Origin: Callorhinchus milii
Lineage: Eukaryota
Length of the DNA: 64,000 nt
NCBI RefSeq assembly: GCF_018977255.1
Contig: NW_024704742.1
Coordinates: 37,946,001-38,010,000 of the forward strand
Reading direction: 5' to 3'
This document shows positions 50,556 to 62,168 of this stretch, one piece after another. A model generated the notes under the pieces. The model saw only the letters and a program-made list of their open reading frames with translations, made no database searches and was not told where the DNA came from. Made by a program: the position numbers and the translations under genes. Every line of letters starts with the position of its first letter. Position 1 is the stretch's first letter.

Positions 50556-52129
50556 TTTTCTTACTCTTGCCAACGATCCAAATGAGGTTGCATCGATTTA
50601 CTTGCAGTGGTTACAGTGGGGCTGTCATCACTAGGCAACTGCGGCCAAGCTGAGAATGAGCTGTCTCCCCTTATCTACTCTATCTCGTGCGTGGGCTTTT
50701 AATTGTTGCGTTCGTCAAAGTGAGGGATATCCTTGGCTGCAAGCACGATGGTGGTGTGGTGTATGGTTTTGGGTTGGGCAGAGACTGCTCAATTTCATTT
50801 CACTTCCCAACCACCATCAGATAAAGACAGATCGAGTGAGAGGGGGAGCTTTCATCCCACCAGCCCTTGCTAGTTTCAAACTATATTTGAAGAAGTGAAA
50901 GGATTGTGTATTAACCTCCTGCATGACCAAGACCTCCTGCCCCTCTGATGCTGCATTTATTTAGATGGGGCATTTTATAACTGTTACTTGTAATCTTACT
51001 CTCTCTAATGTTTCACAAGATTGGTTTAGAGGAAGAAGGCTTTTTGACTCATGTAATCACATCCTTCCAAATTACCCACCCTACCATCTTCTCATCACAG
51101 CATCAAACTGTTTCTTATCTGAGTCTAGCATTCTGGCCCCTACCACTATTCCCAGCTGTTGTTTACCCTCTATGACAAACAATACTTCCTAAAATTGCCT
51201 GTCCCAATGCTGAACCTGTGCACTTTTGTCCTCCTGTAGTGACGTGTCTGAAAGTATTGCTTTGGGTTTTAAAAGAAATTGCTCTTCAAGTAAATAAATA
51301 CTTCCTGATGTTTGTCCTGAAATTTCCCCTTGCAATTCTAAACCTATGTTCTCTTGTTCTATTGTTCGTGCATCTGAGAATATTGGTCTGGTAACTTTCT
51401 CAATCCCATTTTAAAATGTTATATACTTGTGTGAGGCCTCCTCTGAGCTGTCTTCTTTCATGTCTGAAGAGCTTATCCATTCATTGCTCAGTTTTACAGA
51501 CCGTTATGACAGCAAACATGACAAAGGATTTTACAATCACTTAATTTCAGAATTAATCTGATTTTACAGGAGACAAAATTTATTATTCGGAGGATGGGAG
51601 TGAAGGAATTACCAAGCCAACTCCCGCTTTCCCTTTTTAAATGCTATCAGTTTGCTTTATTTCTGCATTACCAAACTGTTACTTTTAAAACTGATCTATA
51701 AATGTCCAAATGCTAATTTTATCTTGGTTATGAGACAAGGACTGCATGATACGAGAGGTGTTGAGTGAAGCATTTTCTGATTTCATAAAGAAAATTCAAT
51801 TTAAAAAAAAAGTTGCGGTCAATTATTACAAAGAAAAAGTGTAAAAAGAAGGAATTTCAGTATCAGAGGTTGAATCTCAGTGTACAATCCATGAGAACTG
51901 ACCCTATTTAACATGAACATAGGAATAACCCAGGAAAAGTATAGGCTAAACTTCAGCATCCAAATGACACACTTATTCTGGAATCACGTTCTGTTACCAA
52001 AATATGTCAACAACAGGTATTCTAAACATACAGAGGTAGAAATTCTCTATGTGGCATTTTAGAATTTGGCAATTGTTTAATTGCGGTCTTAACTTTAAGA
52101 TGCTATTCTGTAAGTTCTATTAAAAAGGT

Positions 52130-52392
52130 GTCAGTCTGGCTCAGAAGGTAGCTTTCTTGTCTCTGAGTCAGAAATCTGAGTGTTCTCGCCCTAAGCCCTA
52201 CCTCTGGACTTTGAATTCAGTCTAGGTTGACATTCCAACGCAGTGCTGGGGATGTGCTACGTTGTTGGAGCTGCCGTCCTTCAGATGAGGCAGTAATCCC
52301 ATCTGCCTGTTCTGGAGGATATTAAAGATCTCATGGTGCTATTAAAAAAGAAGCTAATTTCTCCTGGTGTCCTGGTCAACAATCTCCCAAAT
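52130..52392 (+). mobile_element. Old Deu-type SINE, 5' two-thirds
   Basis: tggctcagaaggtagc...tctgagtcagaa head; gtgctggggatgtgctacgttgttggagctgccgtccttcagatgag. Confidence 0.72.
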
Positions 52393-53619
52393 AAAAATGT
52401 ATGATGCACACTCACAATAAGCAACTACAACCTGTGTTTGCATTTTAGCACTGAGTCTCAAATAACCCAACAATATTATTTTTGACAACAATGGATTAAC
52501 ATCAAACCTATTGCAAGTAACAACAGCATAGAGCAGTGATTTCCCTCCCTCCCCCAATATTCTTCCATCTCTTCTGAAGCATTGTCACGCTGGGTGTGGT
52601 TCAATAAGCATCAGTAGTGGTCATTCTTTACATCTGAGCCCACTCAGTTTTTGTCACCAGGTTTTTGGCCTCCAATGGAGGGGAGGTCATAGCTGAACCC
52701 AGTCTCGGCCTCACCTTGATATTCAACAAAAATCATGAACAGCAGTGTATCACAAAGTGTTACCTTACCTTACCCAGGGCATTGCATTCAATTTTAGTGC
52801 TCTACTTCTGCCTAAAATCTGCATTCTTCCTGATCCAAGCTTCTCAGCACACACTTGGTGGTGCATTAATCCACTGAGCCATCAGAGGTGCTTTGAGCAC
52901 AATAATTTTTAACAATATATTGACGTCCAAAGGCTGTGTTTTAACAAGCGTGACCATTCATAGTGAAAGGAACCATAATGCTAGATTATAGATTGCGTCT
53001 GTTTGAAGGGTGCTGTCATCTTCCTTTCAGAAAGGACTAATTTACTGTCCGGCTGAGTGGTGCTTAGCAAGAACTGCCAGATCAAATAGACTTCACAATG
53101 GTATGTTGAAGGTATTCAGCCACTTTTAAGTTTGCTTTAACTGATGAAACTTGGTTATATTTCAATCTTACTGGGCTACAGCAGACATTATCTTTAGAAC
53201 AAACTGAACCTTGGCGTACTTTGTTCCAGTAATGCATAACTGAGGTGGTGAATGCTGCAGTGATTGTCTGTTGCATTTATGTACCCCGAGGGAGTTCAGG
53301 ACCTTGCAGACCACAGGATGTTTAATGGACTAAAATTGAACGGTAATGCTTTCAAATTGATTGACAGATGAATACAGAAAAGCACTACCAAAGTATAATT
53401 GAAGGAATCAAAAGCTTGACACCTAGAGGCCTTAAGGCAACAAAGTCACTTTAATAACCAAATTATTGATTCAAAGACTTTCATTTTCTTGTCGGAAATT
53501 GTTGTGAATAGAACCTAATTCTTGTCTCCCTATGTCACCTATGAGTTGACTGGGTGATGAAGAGAGAGCGTATTATACTATTTGTTTCCATAATGTTTAT
53601 AGTTGGAGAGACGCCACCG

Positions 53620-53850
53620 TCTCCACACTATCATCGGTGTCCAGGCCTGCAGTTCCTACACCCTTAACCTCTGGAACTCCCTCCGTCTCTCCCTCTCTCT
53701 TTGTGTCCCGCTCAAATCCAACCTCTTTTGAACAGTGCAATGGCCACTTCTCACCTCTCCCTTGGTCAGGAACTAGCCCAATCTTTGTCTGCCAATACCC
53801 TACATGGAAGGAGCTATATAAATGCAAGTTGTTGTTGTAGTAGTTGTTAT
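53620..53850 (+). mobile_element. L2 3' end
   Basis: ctctggaactccctcc (LWNSL); tail gctatataaatgcaagttgttgttg. Confidence 0.7.
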
Positions 53851-54183
53851 AAATGTTATACAATGTTGAATTGTGAAAGCATTATCGATTGTGAAGAAGC
53901 CTGGCTTGTTCCCAGACGTGGACCTAAAGGTCACTGAGATCAGATGACATGATTGCCATCTGTGTGGGATGAAGACCATTATCAGTAAGCGTTCAGAGGA
54001 AACATTTGAGGGAAAAGATTGAATTGATTCATGATTCCTTCAGCAAATGAAGCCAAAGACCGTGGGGATTGTAAATCTCTGTATTTAGGATAAAAAAAAG
54101 TATAGAAATGGGAAATGTAAGCCCTTCCTGCACCCTTTCCAGGAAGTACTTTCAATGGCAAGCTATGTTGTTTTAGTTGGTTA

Positions 54184-54400
54184 AACTCCAGCTGTGTACC
54201 GATGCACGCTCTGAGTCACCAAACCTTGGCGTTTGCCAACATACTCTCTGGAATTGGATAGTCAGGTTGAGTCCCTCCAGGGAGAAATCACAGATTCTAT
54301 TCCTGATGCAGGGAAATTTCCATGTGTAGGTGACATACATGTGTGGAACTCTGTCTGGTGTGGAATGCAATGGATTTCGGCATGTGTCAGATACCTGACT
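54184..54400 (+). repeat. Modular repeat, arm 2
   Basis: gtcaccaaaccttgg...ccatgtgtaggtg...ggatttcggcatgtgtcagatac, homologous to 7122-7392. Confidence 0.6.
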
Positions 54401-57400
54401 GACCAAAAACAGTGGCTTGCACATTTGCCTACAAAAGTATCAGTCACTATATTTGACAGTAAATACCCTAAAGTGCCTTCAGACATTTAACAAGATAAGA
54501 TGCTGTAAACAATGCAAGTTCTTTATCTTTTTGAGGCTTGCACTGATTGATCAGAGACAGCTTATTTGAAGTTGATTGTGAACTGTTTTAGTTTCACTTT
54601 TCAGCTGGTGCTGTGTAGATTCAGAAGTTGCTTCTGACATCCAATATACACTTATGTACAGTATTGCACCACTTTTTTTTACTGGGACCTTCAGCAATCC
54701 TGACAGTGTGCTCGCGACCTGTGTTTTATTTGTAACTGAGATATTGTACAAGAGCGCAATGTATTTAATCAGGTGCAATGTTATAGTGATGTCCTGTATC
54801 TGAACATTAGATGCTTATGTCTTGAATTTGATTCACCCAGTAAGGTGGTGAACACTGGAAAAATGCTGCAATGTTTGACTCTTTAATGTGAGGATGCTAG
54901 AGTGGGTATTCTAAAGGTTGAGATCAAATGGCTCAAAGATCCTTCTTCATCTGAAGCTCTCTTGGCAGTATGAAGTAAACAAAATTTACCAAGATTGATT
55001 CTTGTGATTATTTTTCTTCTCTGTGATGGCTTGACTAAATTTGGGAATATTGGAAAGAAAACATGTCCTGACCTCTCTATGGCAGTGAGGCATTCTCTTC
55101 CCAGAGGAGTGCATCATGCTACCTAAACCCAGAGAATTTACATGCACGTTCCTAAGAAACCTCAGTTATTGCTGCGATTTAACCGGCTAAAACCGCTCAA
55201 TCATTGCAGAGCACTGGCAAGCTTCCTGCGTGAACCAGTCTATCTGATAGAGCTTTGGTTTTCAGGGTTATCTGGAGCCGGGTGGAAAGAATCCCAGTCC
55301 CTAGACTGGTCTGCCTCTCCAAGGTTTGCCAATGAGTTAGGTTGGCTGATCCATCATTATCAGTGCACTGGTGGATTGTGGACCTGCTTTGTGCTATCTG
55401 ACCATTGAGACTGACGCAGAGGATCAGCTTGCTTCTGATCTTCCATTGCTAAGTGGGTCACCTTGGAGCTAACTCAGCCCAAATAGATCCTGCTCACCTC
55501 CCTTCCAATGAGTATAGTCACTATAGTCTAGAGATATCCAAGCTAATTTTATTTCCTCATTGTTGCCCCAATTGAAATCAGCTAATTCAGCGCAGACCAG
55601 GGATCAAACCTGGGACTTCCTGGTCTTTGAAGCTCAGAACACAAAACACAGTGTCCCCTGAGCAATATGATCCATCTATATTGATGATTAACACTATATT
55701 CAAATTCCTGCTGCTTTTATGTTTTCCCAGTTAATGCTTCACAAACTCTAGTGTGCGTGAGGTTCGAACTGTGCACAAATCTGTTACTTATTGTCCCATC
55801 TAGCCCTGACTGAAGCAGAGGCTGTTATACTGTGGGTATCCACTACTGTTGAGAGATTTCTGTACCCAACTCCATTCAATTCAAGTTTCTAGGTCATGTC
55901 AGATGGCAGATCCACCACAATGTTTGCCTTCACTTTAGATAAACCATGCTCACGGCTTATCCGATAAGTATTTGAGCAATACAAATCTCGAAATGACACA
56001 AAATTATTTAATTCAGTTATTTAATTGCTTTGAGTTATCCTTCTACTTTTAATTTCCGAAGTACCTGGATCCACTTTGCGGTGATTGTGGTAGGAATGCC
56101 CCTCTATTATGCTCCTCTCTTCAAAGCATTGTGACTCCATAAGCATAGTTAATTTGACTTGTGAGAGTTTCTGGCAAGTTATGCAATTTTTAGGAAATCG
56201 AAGCCAGCTCTTTAGGAAGCCTTAAATCTTAGAAGATTTAACGCTATTGTGCTCACTTAATTCTTTGCAAGGCCAATGCCACGCAGCTCCTCTCAAAAAT
56301 GATGCAGTCTCGGATTTCTCAATAGCACCAATTTTTTCTTAAAATCTCGGAAGGCTTTTAAGGATTCTTTTGTTATCCAGAATTGTATAGAAGGCTGAGG
56401 TTTGGAGGATTAGACGATCATTGTCTGGATTTCCACAGCAGGATATCGGTTGGTCTGTGGAGAGAGGCCAGAGGTTGCAAGGGTTTCTCGGGAGTCTGGC
56501 CCTAGATATGTACTTTTTTTGTGAAGTGGCTTCATCGGCACTGTACACACATAAACTCATAAGCGTAAATAGTTTACTTGTAACCAGCTCTTGCCCTATT
56601 TGTGATTTTTGTCTTGTAATTCATGGGTAATGTTTAGTGGGATCTCGTGGCATGTTATATTGGTCAATCATTCCAAGAGGAAATAAGCAAACTCCCATCA
56701 TGAATGTTGAGCGAACATTTTCGTTTCTTGTTTTTGGACGTCTCTCCGTATTGAATTCTAATAACTAAACCAAACATTGATTTTCTGGAATCATCTAGAA
56801 TCGGAATCACAGAAATCTGTTTACTGACTGAGGTATGACTCAGTTTAGGACACTGAGATAAGTGGTTTGAACGGGTTTTAATTCAGTGGGTAGATTAGAA
56901 CTCTGCAATTTGTAGTTTAATAATTGTACTGTAGTAATAACAAAGTGAAGTAACACAAAGAACAGAAATAACAAAGTCTTCAGTTTAAAAAAAGCCACTG
57001 CAATTCACAAAGGACAAATGGCAGGAACAATTTTGTAAGTGAAATGGAAATGTTTGTTTATTTATGCAAAATGCATCGGAAATTAATCGGTTTTGCTTTG
57101 CTCTTCAATCTAATTCTTCAGTATATTAGGCGTTGACAAGAAAAGCATGTTTGCAGTTTATTAAATGAACTGCGAACCTGTGCAGATCTTGAAAAGTACA
57201 GAGGAGTTTTGATGCTCACTGTTAGAGTTGATTACATAAGCCTTAGATTTGAAAGCAGTATAACTTATTGACGTTTTAAAAAAAAAACACATGAAAAAGT
57301 ACTTTAGACTTTGTTGAATTGTGTTGAAATTCTAATTCTGTGCAGGTGGAGCCTAGGGTACCAGAAGATCGTAGCTTCCCTCATTAACTACGGGTCAAGG

Positions 57401-57484
57401 TTAAAATGTGAGGCAGTGCATTTTAATTAGTGGAGCAACTTAAAGCCCACAGGAGATTGATCCACTGGAGTCAAGATTGCAGAG

Positions 57485-57541
57485 TACTAAGATTAAGGTT
57501 CTTTTTCCTCTCATCCGGTCCATTTTTTTTTCCTCTTGCAG
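57485..57541 (+). promoter_or_regulatory. 3' splice site: branch-point-like TACTAAG, polypyrimidine tract, CAG
   Basis: TACTAAG at 57485-57491; T/C-rich tract about 57499-57538; cag ends at 57541. Confidence 0.75.
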
Positions 57542-57696
57542 ATTGAGGAAGGCGGGAAATCAGACTTACTATCAAATAGACTGCAAGTGGGAGATGAAGT
57601 GGCTAATATCAATGATGTGGAGCTGAGTGGTTACAGGCAAGAGGCCATCACCCTGGTGAAAGGGTCCTACAAGACTCTCAAGTTGCTCATTCGCAG
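57542..57696 (+). CDS. SHROOM3: Internal coding exon (155 bp, phase 0 to 2) of a Shroom-family gene, PDZ domain C-terminal half; best match SHROOM3 exon 2
   Basis: Flanked by a polypyrimidine tract and ...ttgcag acceptor (57541) and an AG|gtaag donor (57697). Translates [51 protein letters not shown]. This resembles human SHROOM3 as I recall it ([51 protein letters not shown]), including the one-residue longer GGK..L loop that SHROOM2/4 lack. Not in the ORF track (<60 aa). Confidence 0.88.
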
Positions 57697-57999
57697 GTAA
57701 GAAAACCCCTTCAGTCATTGGAAGATTGCATCCAAATCTAATAAAACTGGGTTGAATCTACTGCACTGTCTTTGGCTATTCCAGAGATGATAAAACTCTA
57801 CTATTTCAAACCATCCTAATCCCTCAAGATCATTGCACCAGTGACATGTTTTGCAGAAATTAGCCACACTATATTCTTTTCTGGCAAATTATCAAAGTGC
57901 ACATCAGGCTGTTATGAATGGTGAAGTCAGAGGTTGAACTGTTCCAGTTTTGAGATGTTATTTTTCATCTTGACCATTGCTCACACATGGTTTGTTTAA

Positions 58000-58405
58000 A
58001 TAATGAAGAGTGTTGACAAAGTAGATGGGGAATAACTCTAGCTGGGGAATCCAGGTTGAGAAGACAAAGGGGAAAGTGGGAAAAAAATCTTCACACAAAG
58101 GGTCGTGGGAATATGGAATGACCTGCATCAGAAGGTCATAGATACAGAGTTGACTGAGGCATTCAAAAGAGTGATACAGAATAATAATACTTAGATTTGT
58201 GTAGGTTAGTGCCTTTCATGCGGAAGATGTCTCAATGTGTTTGCAGGATTTACTGTAAAGTAGAATGACCATGTGTTTCTGTGGGCAATACGTTGTCAGT
58301 AAGGATATTAAGGATTATGGAGAAAAGGAAAATGTAATTAAAGATTTGCCATAAATGTGATGGGTGAGACAGATTTGAAGTTCTAAATGGCTTTTTTGTG
58401 TTCCT
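58000..58405 (+). mobile_element. Old CR1 3' end with a nested minus-strand SINE tail (about 58180-58290)
   Basis: gacaaagtagatggg; cttcacacaaagggtcgtgggaatatggaatgacctgc (FTQRVVGIWNDL). Confidence 0.7.
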
Positions 58406-58813
58406 ATGGGTGTTTGTATAACTGGGAATAATGGTGGAGCTTGATGCTGAGACGGGGGTAGAAAGGGGAGGTGACCGTAGACACAGTCGAAGAGGAAGAT
58501 ATAGGAAGGACTAGGGTGTAAGCAGTTGGGAGAGGTAGGGGGATGCTAAGGCATAAAGTGACTTGTGTGTGAGTATGAGGATTTTCAAATCGATACCTTC
58601 TGCAATATAGAGGGTCAATGGGGCTGTGGTGGTGAGGATGCGGGCAAGTAAATTTAACTTTAAAGTAACACAGCTTCTTTTGAAGTATTGTGCACATGGT
58701 AGAAAGTGAAATGAAGGAGCATATCAGTGAAGTTTTGGGCCTCGGTAATTTTGTTGAAAATTGTTTTTAAAGCGGTCTAAGACACTATCCTGCGTGAAGC
58801 TTGCTATATGAAT

Positions 58814-59189
58814 GAGTCCTGTAACTTAGTGGTTAGAGGACTCGCCTTGCAATCTAGAGGACCCGCATTCGATTCCCGGGCAGGGCAAAATGTTGGGCAA
58901 TTTTCCTTACTCAACACGCCTCTATTTACCTAGCAGGAAGTAGGAACCCGGTTGTTAGTCGATTGGCGGATTGCTTTTTCCAGGAGTAATACTCCCTTAA
59001 ATAAAAATACAATCAAATATCAAAAAATGTGGTCACTCAATCCATGGCTGTTTGTGGGACACTGCTGTGCGCAATTGGCTGCCGTGGTTTGCCCACAAAA
59101 CAAAGTTACTTTACAGTATTCTGTGAAATGCTTTGAGACATCTCGAAGACATGATAAGGCTCTATATCAAATGTAAAGATTATTATTAT
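58814..59189 (+). mobile_element. Young tRNA-SINE, full length, inserted into an older L2-type tail
   Basis: gagtcctgtaacttagtggttagag head to (att)n tail; flanks tatatgaatg and tatataaatg. Confidence 0.92.
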
Positions 59190-59269
59190 ATAAATGCAAA
59201 TTGTTGTTTTTCTTATGCAGCTTAATGGTGAATCTCTGTTAGGAAGACCACAAACAGTTGATTTATGTA

Positions 59270-59620
59270 TCAGCTTGACTCAGTTATTAGCACTCTCGCT
59301 TCTGGGTCAGAATTTTGTGGGTTCAAGTCCAAAATTGGGACATGATCTTACAGTCCAGATTGACATGGCAGTGTAGTATTGGGGGAGCGCTACATTGTTG
59401 GAAGCGTTGAATTCCTTTCTGCTTGTTTTCAGGTGGAGGTAGTTTTGAAAAATGTTCTTGCAGTGTTCCATCAACCCATTGTATTAATCCTTCAGATTAA
59501 TTAATCCCTTTAGATCATGGTTAATGTGAGACTTGCTGGAGTCAAATTGACTCCTGGTTTGTCGACAGAAAGCAGTCGCTACATTTGACAGTAACTATTG
59601 TAAATGCTTTGAGACAAACC
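59270..59620 (+). mobile_element. Old Deu-type SINE
   Basis: tgactcagttattagcactctcgcttctgggtcagaa...gggttcaagtcc head; gggagcgctacattgttggaag body. Confidence 0.7.
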
Positions 59621-60994
59621 ATTGCCATAAGCTGCTTTGTTATTCATAGACATACAAGGGATGAGCTGCCACACACCAAGAATACCCGATGAATAATTTC
59701 AAGGTAGAGATTCTGAGAAAGCATAGCGGGAGAAAAAAGTCAAGGAACTGGGGTCAGAAGAACACAGGCAAAGTCTGAGTGGGAATTGGGGCAAAGCTGG
59801 AGTCAGCGACTCACATTTCATAATTTGAATGAAAACTGTACTTCAAATGTTATAATTCAGTCATGGTTGCCTGCTGTTACTTTCCGTCTAACAGGACACC
59901 TGCTGCTAACCATTAGGCATTGGCCATAATTTAATAAAACTGACCCGTGTAACCCAGTATCAAATAGATTGCTGGCTGTTGTGCCTTTCAGGGACGGAAC
60001 ACGTCCTGGGATTCAGGGAACATTCCCAAGCAGATTGAGCTTCATTCTCAGGGTTTTAATAACCGTTTTAATGCATGAAACTATGTGTACCTTGTAAAAG
60101 CCTAAAGCCTGTTTGTTAGCCAATTTGTGTTACAGATGCCATAGTAAGGCTATGTGTAAATGGTTAAGAGCTGGGTAGTCCTACAGTGAGCTGCTTATCA
60201 ATGAATATTAGGATTGTTGTAGAACACCCGATTGGTAAGCCAGTGATGGGATAAGCTTTAGAATAGGACCTGGGTGCAAAGCATTGGGACATATGGAGAT
60301 AATTCCCATAGCCTTGATACTTAAAAATAACATTTGTTTAAAAACATTGCCAAAAATGTATAACAAGGCTTACATCATGGCATGTAGTAAAATGTCAGCC
60401 TCGTGAGTGGATTGTCTTAAATGACAATCTGAGACACTTATTTCTCCTGTTTCCTACTTTGCAAATCCCTGACTGTCAAGTGCCTTTGGATGTCCTCCTG
60501 ACATGAAAGGTCATATACAAATGTAATTTGTTGTTTAATTGTTTGTTTAATACTTTGTGTTGAATTTTGCAATGTTTTACATCAATTATCAGCACCAAGC
60601 ACAATAACAACAGCAATAACAACTTGCATTTATATAGCACCTTTCATATGGGTAGCGTCATGGAGCGCTTTAACCATAGAGTGCAATTTACAGACCAAAT
60701 GACAATGTGAGACTGAACACTATATTTGTCATCTATGCAGCACAATTGAAAATGTTATTGCACCACCGTGAGCTGTTCTGAGGAGGTGACCACAGGCATT
60801 TGTTTTGGTGTTTGTATTTCAATTGATGATCTTGTTTCTTAACTGAAATGCGTTTCAACTCTGCGTCACACTGTACCAGGAAGTTTATTTGTGCTACTAG
60901 GGCAGTTAGGCAGGAACATACACTTTGTTGTGCTTTTTGCCAGGACTTAATTTTTCATTTCCTCACAAAGGAGTGAATTGATTCTTAGAAATTG

Positions 60995-61266
60995 AATGAG
61001 ACATCAGACTGAGGTTCTTTCTGTTCATGTTGACATTACAGATCCTATGACACTGTTCAAAAAGAGAAGGGACTTTCTTTCAGTGTCCTGGCAAACAATC
61101 CTCCAAATAAAAGTGGTCACTTACACCATGGTGTTTTTGGGACATTGTTGTGTGCAAATTGGCTGCCACATTCACTTAAGATACACAGTCACTACACTAA
61201 TACAGGCAGTCCTGTGAAGTGCTTTGAGACATTTTGATGCTTTATCAATGCAAGATTTATTATTAT
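60995..61266 (+). mobile_element. Deu-type SINE, 3' two-thirds
   Basis: gtgtcctggcaaacaatcc...gggacattgttgtgtgcaaattggctgcc...aatgcaagatttattattat. Confidence 0.78.
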
Positions 61267-61849
61267 AAATTCTGGGAATAACTTTTGTAATTACCTGTAA
61301 GTTCCTGCAAACAGCTTCTTGTTTATTCATCCTCGCCTCTCATTCTATTAAACATTTTCTATGTTTTGCACCAATTATCAGCACCAAGCACTCCCCCCCN
61401 ACCCATAATTTGTGTGTTGAGAAGCAAATCTGTTTTGTTAATTAGACCTGGTTATTCTGTGCTCAAGTCCACAAAGGTTGAACTCTCATGTAATGTGGCA
61501 GTGCAAAATTGTTTCCTTTCAGTCAGTTGGTCTGTAAATTGCAACCTATGGTTAAAGTGAACCCAAGGAAATCACCACAAGCATAAGTCCCGAGGCTAGA
61601 ATCCTGATCCCATTGGTCGAAGAAATAGAAGGAAGTGATCCCAAACATCTCGATCTTCATCCATGACATATAAAGTAGGCTGAGAATGTGTTGTTTCCCT
61701 CTCTGCATTGCTGACTTAAATCCTTATAGACAATCAGTAATTGCAATATGGAAGATAGGGGATACTTCTGAACTTTTAATCACATATCACTCATTATTTC
61801 AGATGGGCGAATATCTGAAAGGTGATAGCCTTTCAAAATTAAATGCGTA

Positions 61850-62168
61850 TGTTAAGGCCCTTCACGCTCTAGCCACTCCTTTTCTCTCTGATCTCCAATC
61901 CCACTCCTGCTCTCAGCCAGCTCAGGCTTGCTATGTATGCATCCCCTGCCCTCTCCACACTCCGTTGGTGACCAAGCTTTCCAATCTACACCTCCCTCCC
62001 TCTTCCCCTCTGACTTGCCCCCTTTGTCTACTTTCAAGTCCTGCCTTAAAAATCTTCGTCTTTGACCCTACTTAAGGGATCCAACTGCTCGGATCCAACC
62101 TGTCACTGTAAAGCGCTCTGAGATGTTATCCTATGTGAAGAGCGCAATATAAATGCAAGTTGTTGTTA
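61850..62168 (+). mobile_element. Old L2 3' end
   Basis: aaggcccttcacgctctagccactcc; ccttaaaaatcttcgtctttgacc; tail gcgcaatataaatgcaagttgttgtt. Confidence 0.7.

Larger units (their letters stand above)
1..57541 (+). other. SHROOM3: Probable intron 1 of the SHROOM3-like gene (exon 1 lies upstream of the window)
   Basis: No N-terminal PDZ exon (GG.PWGF-type motif) recognised upstream; Shroom genes have very long first introns. Inference. Confidence 0.6.

Noticed and set aside
19936..61400. Single N bases at 19936, 28530 and 61400
   Set aside because: All sit at the ends of homopolymer runs; consensus ambiguity, not biology.
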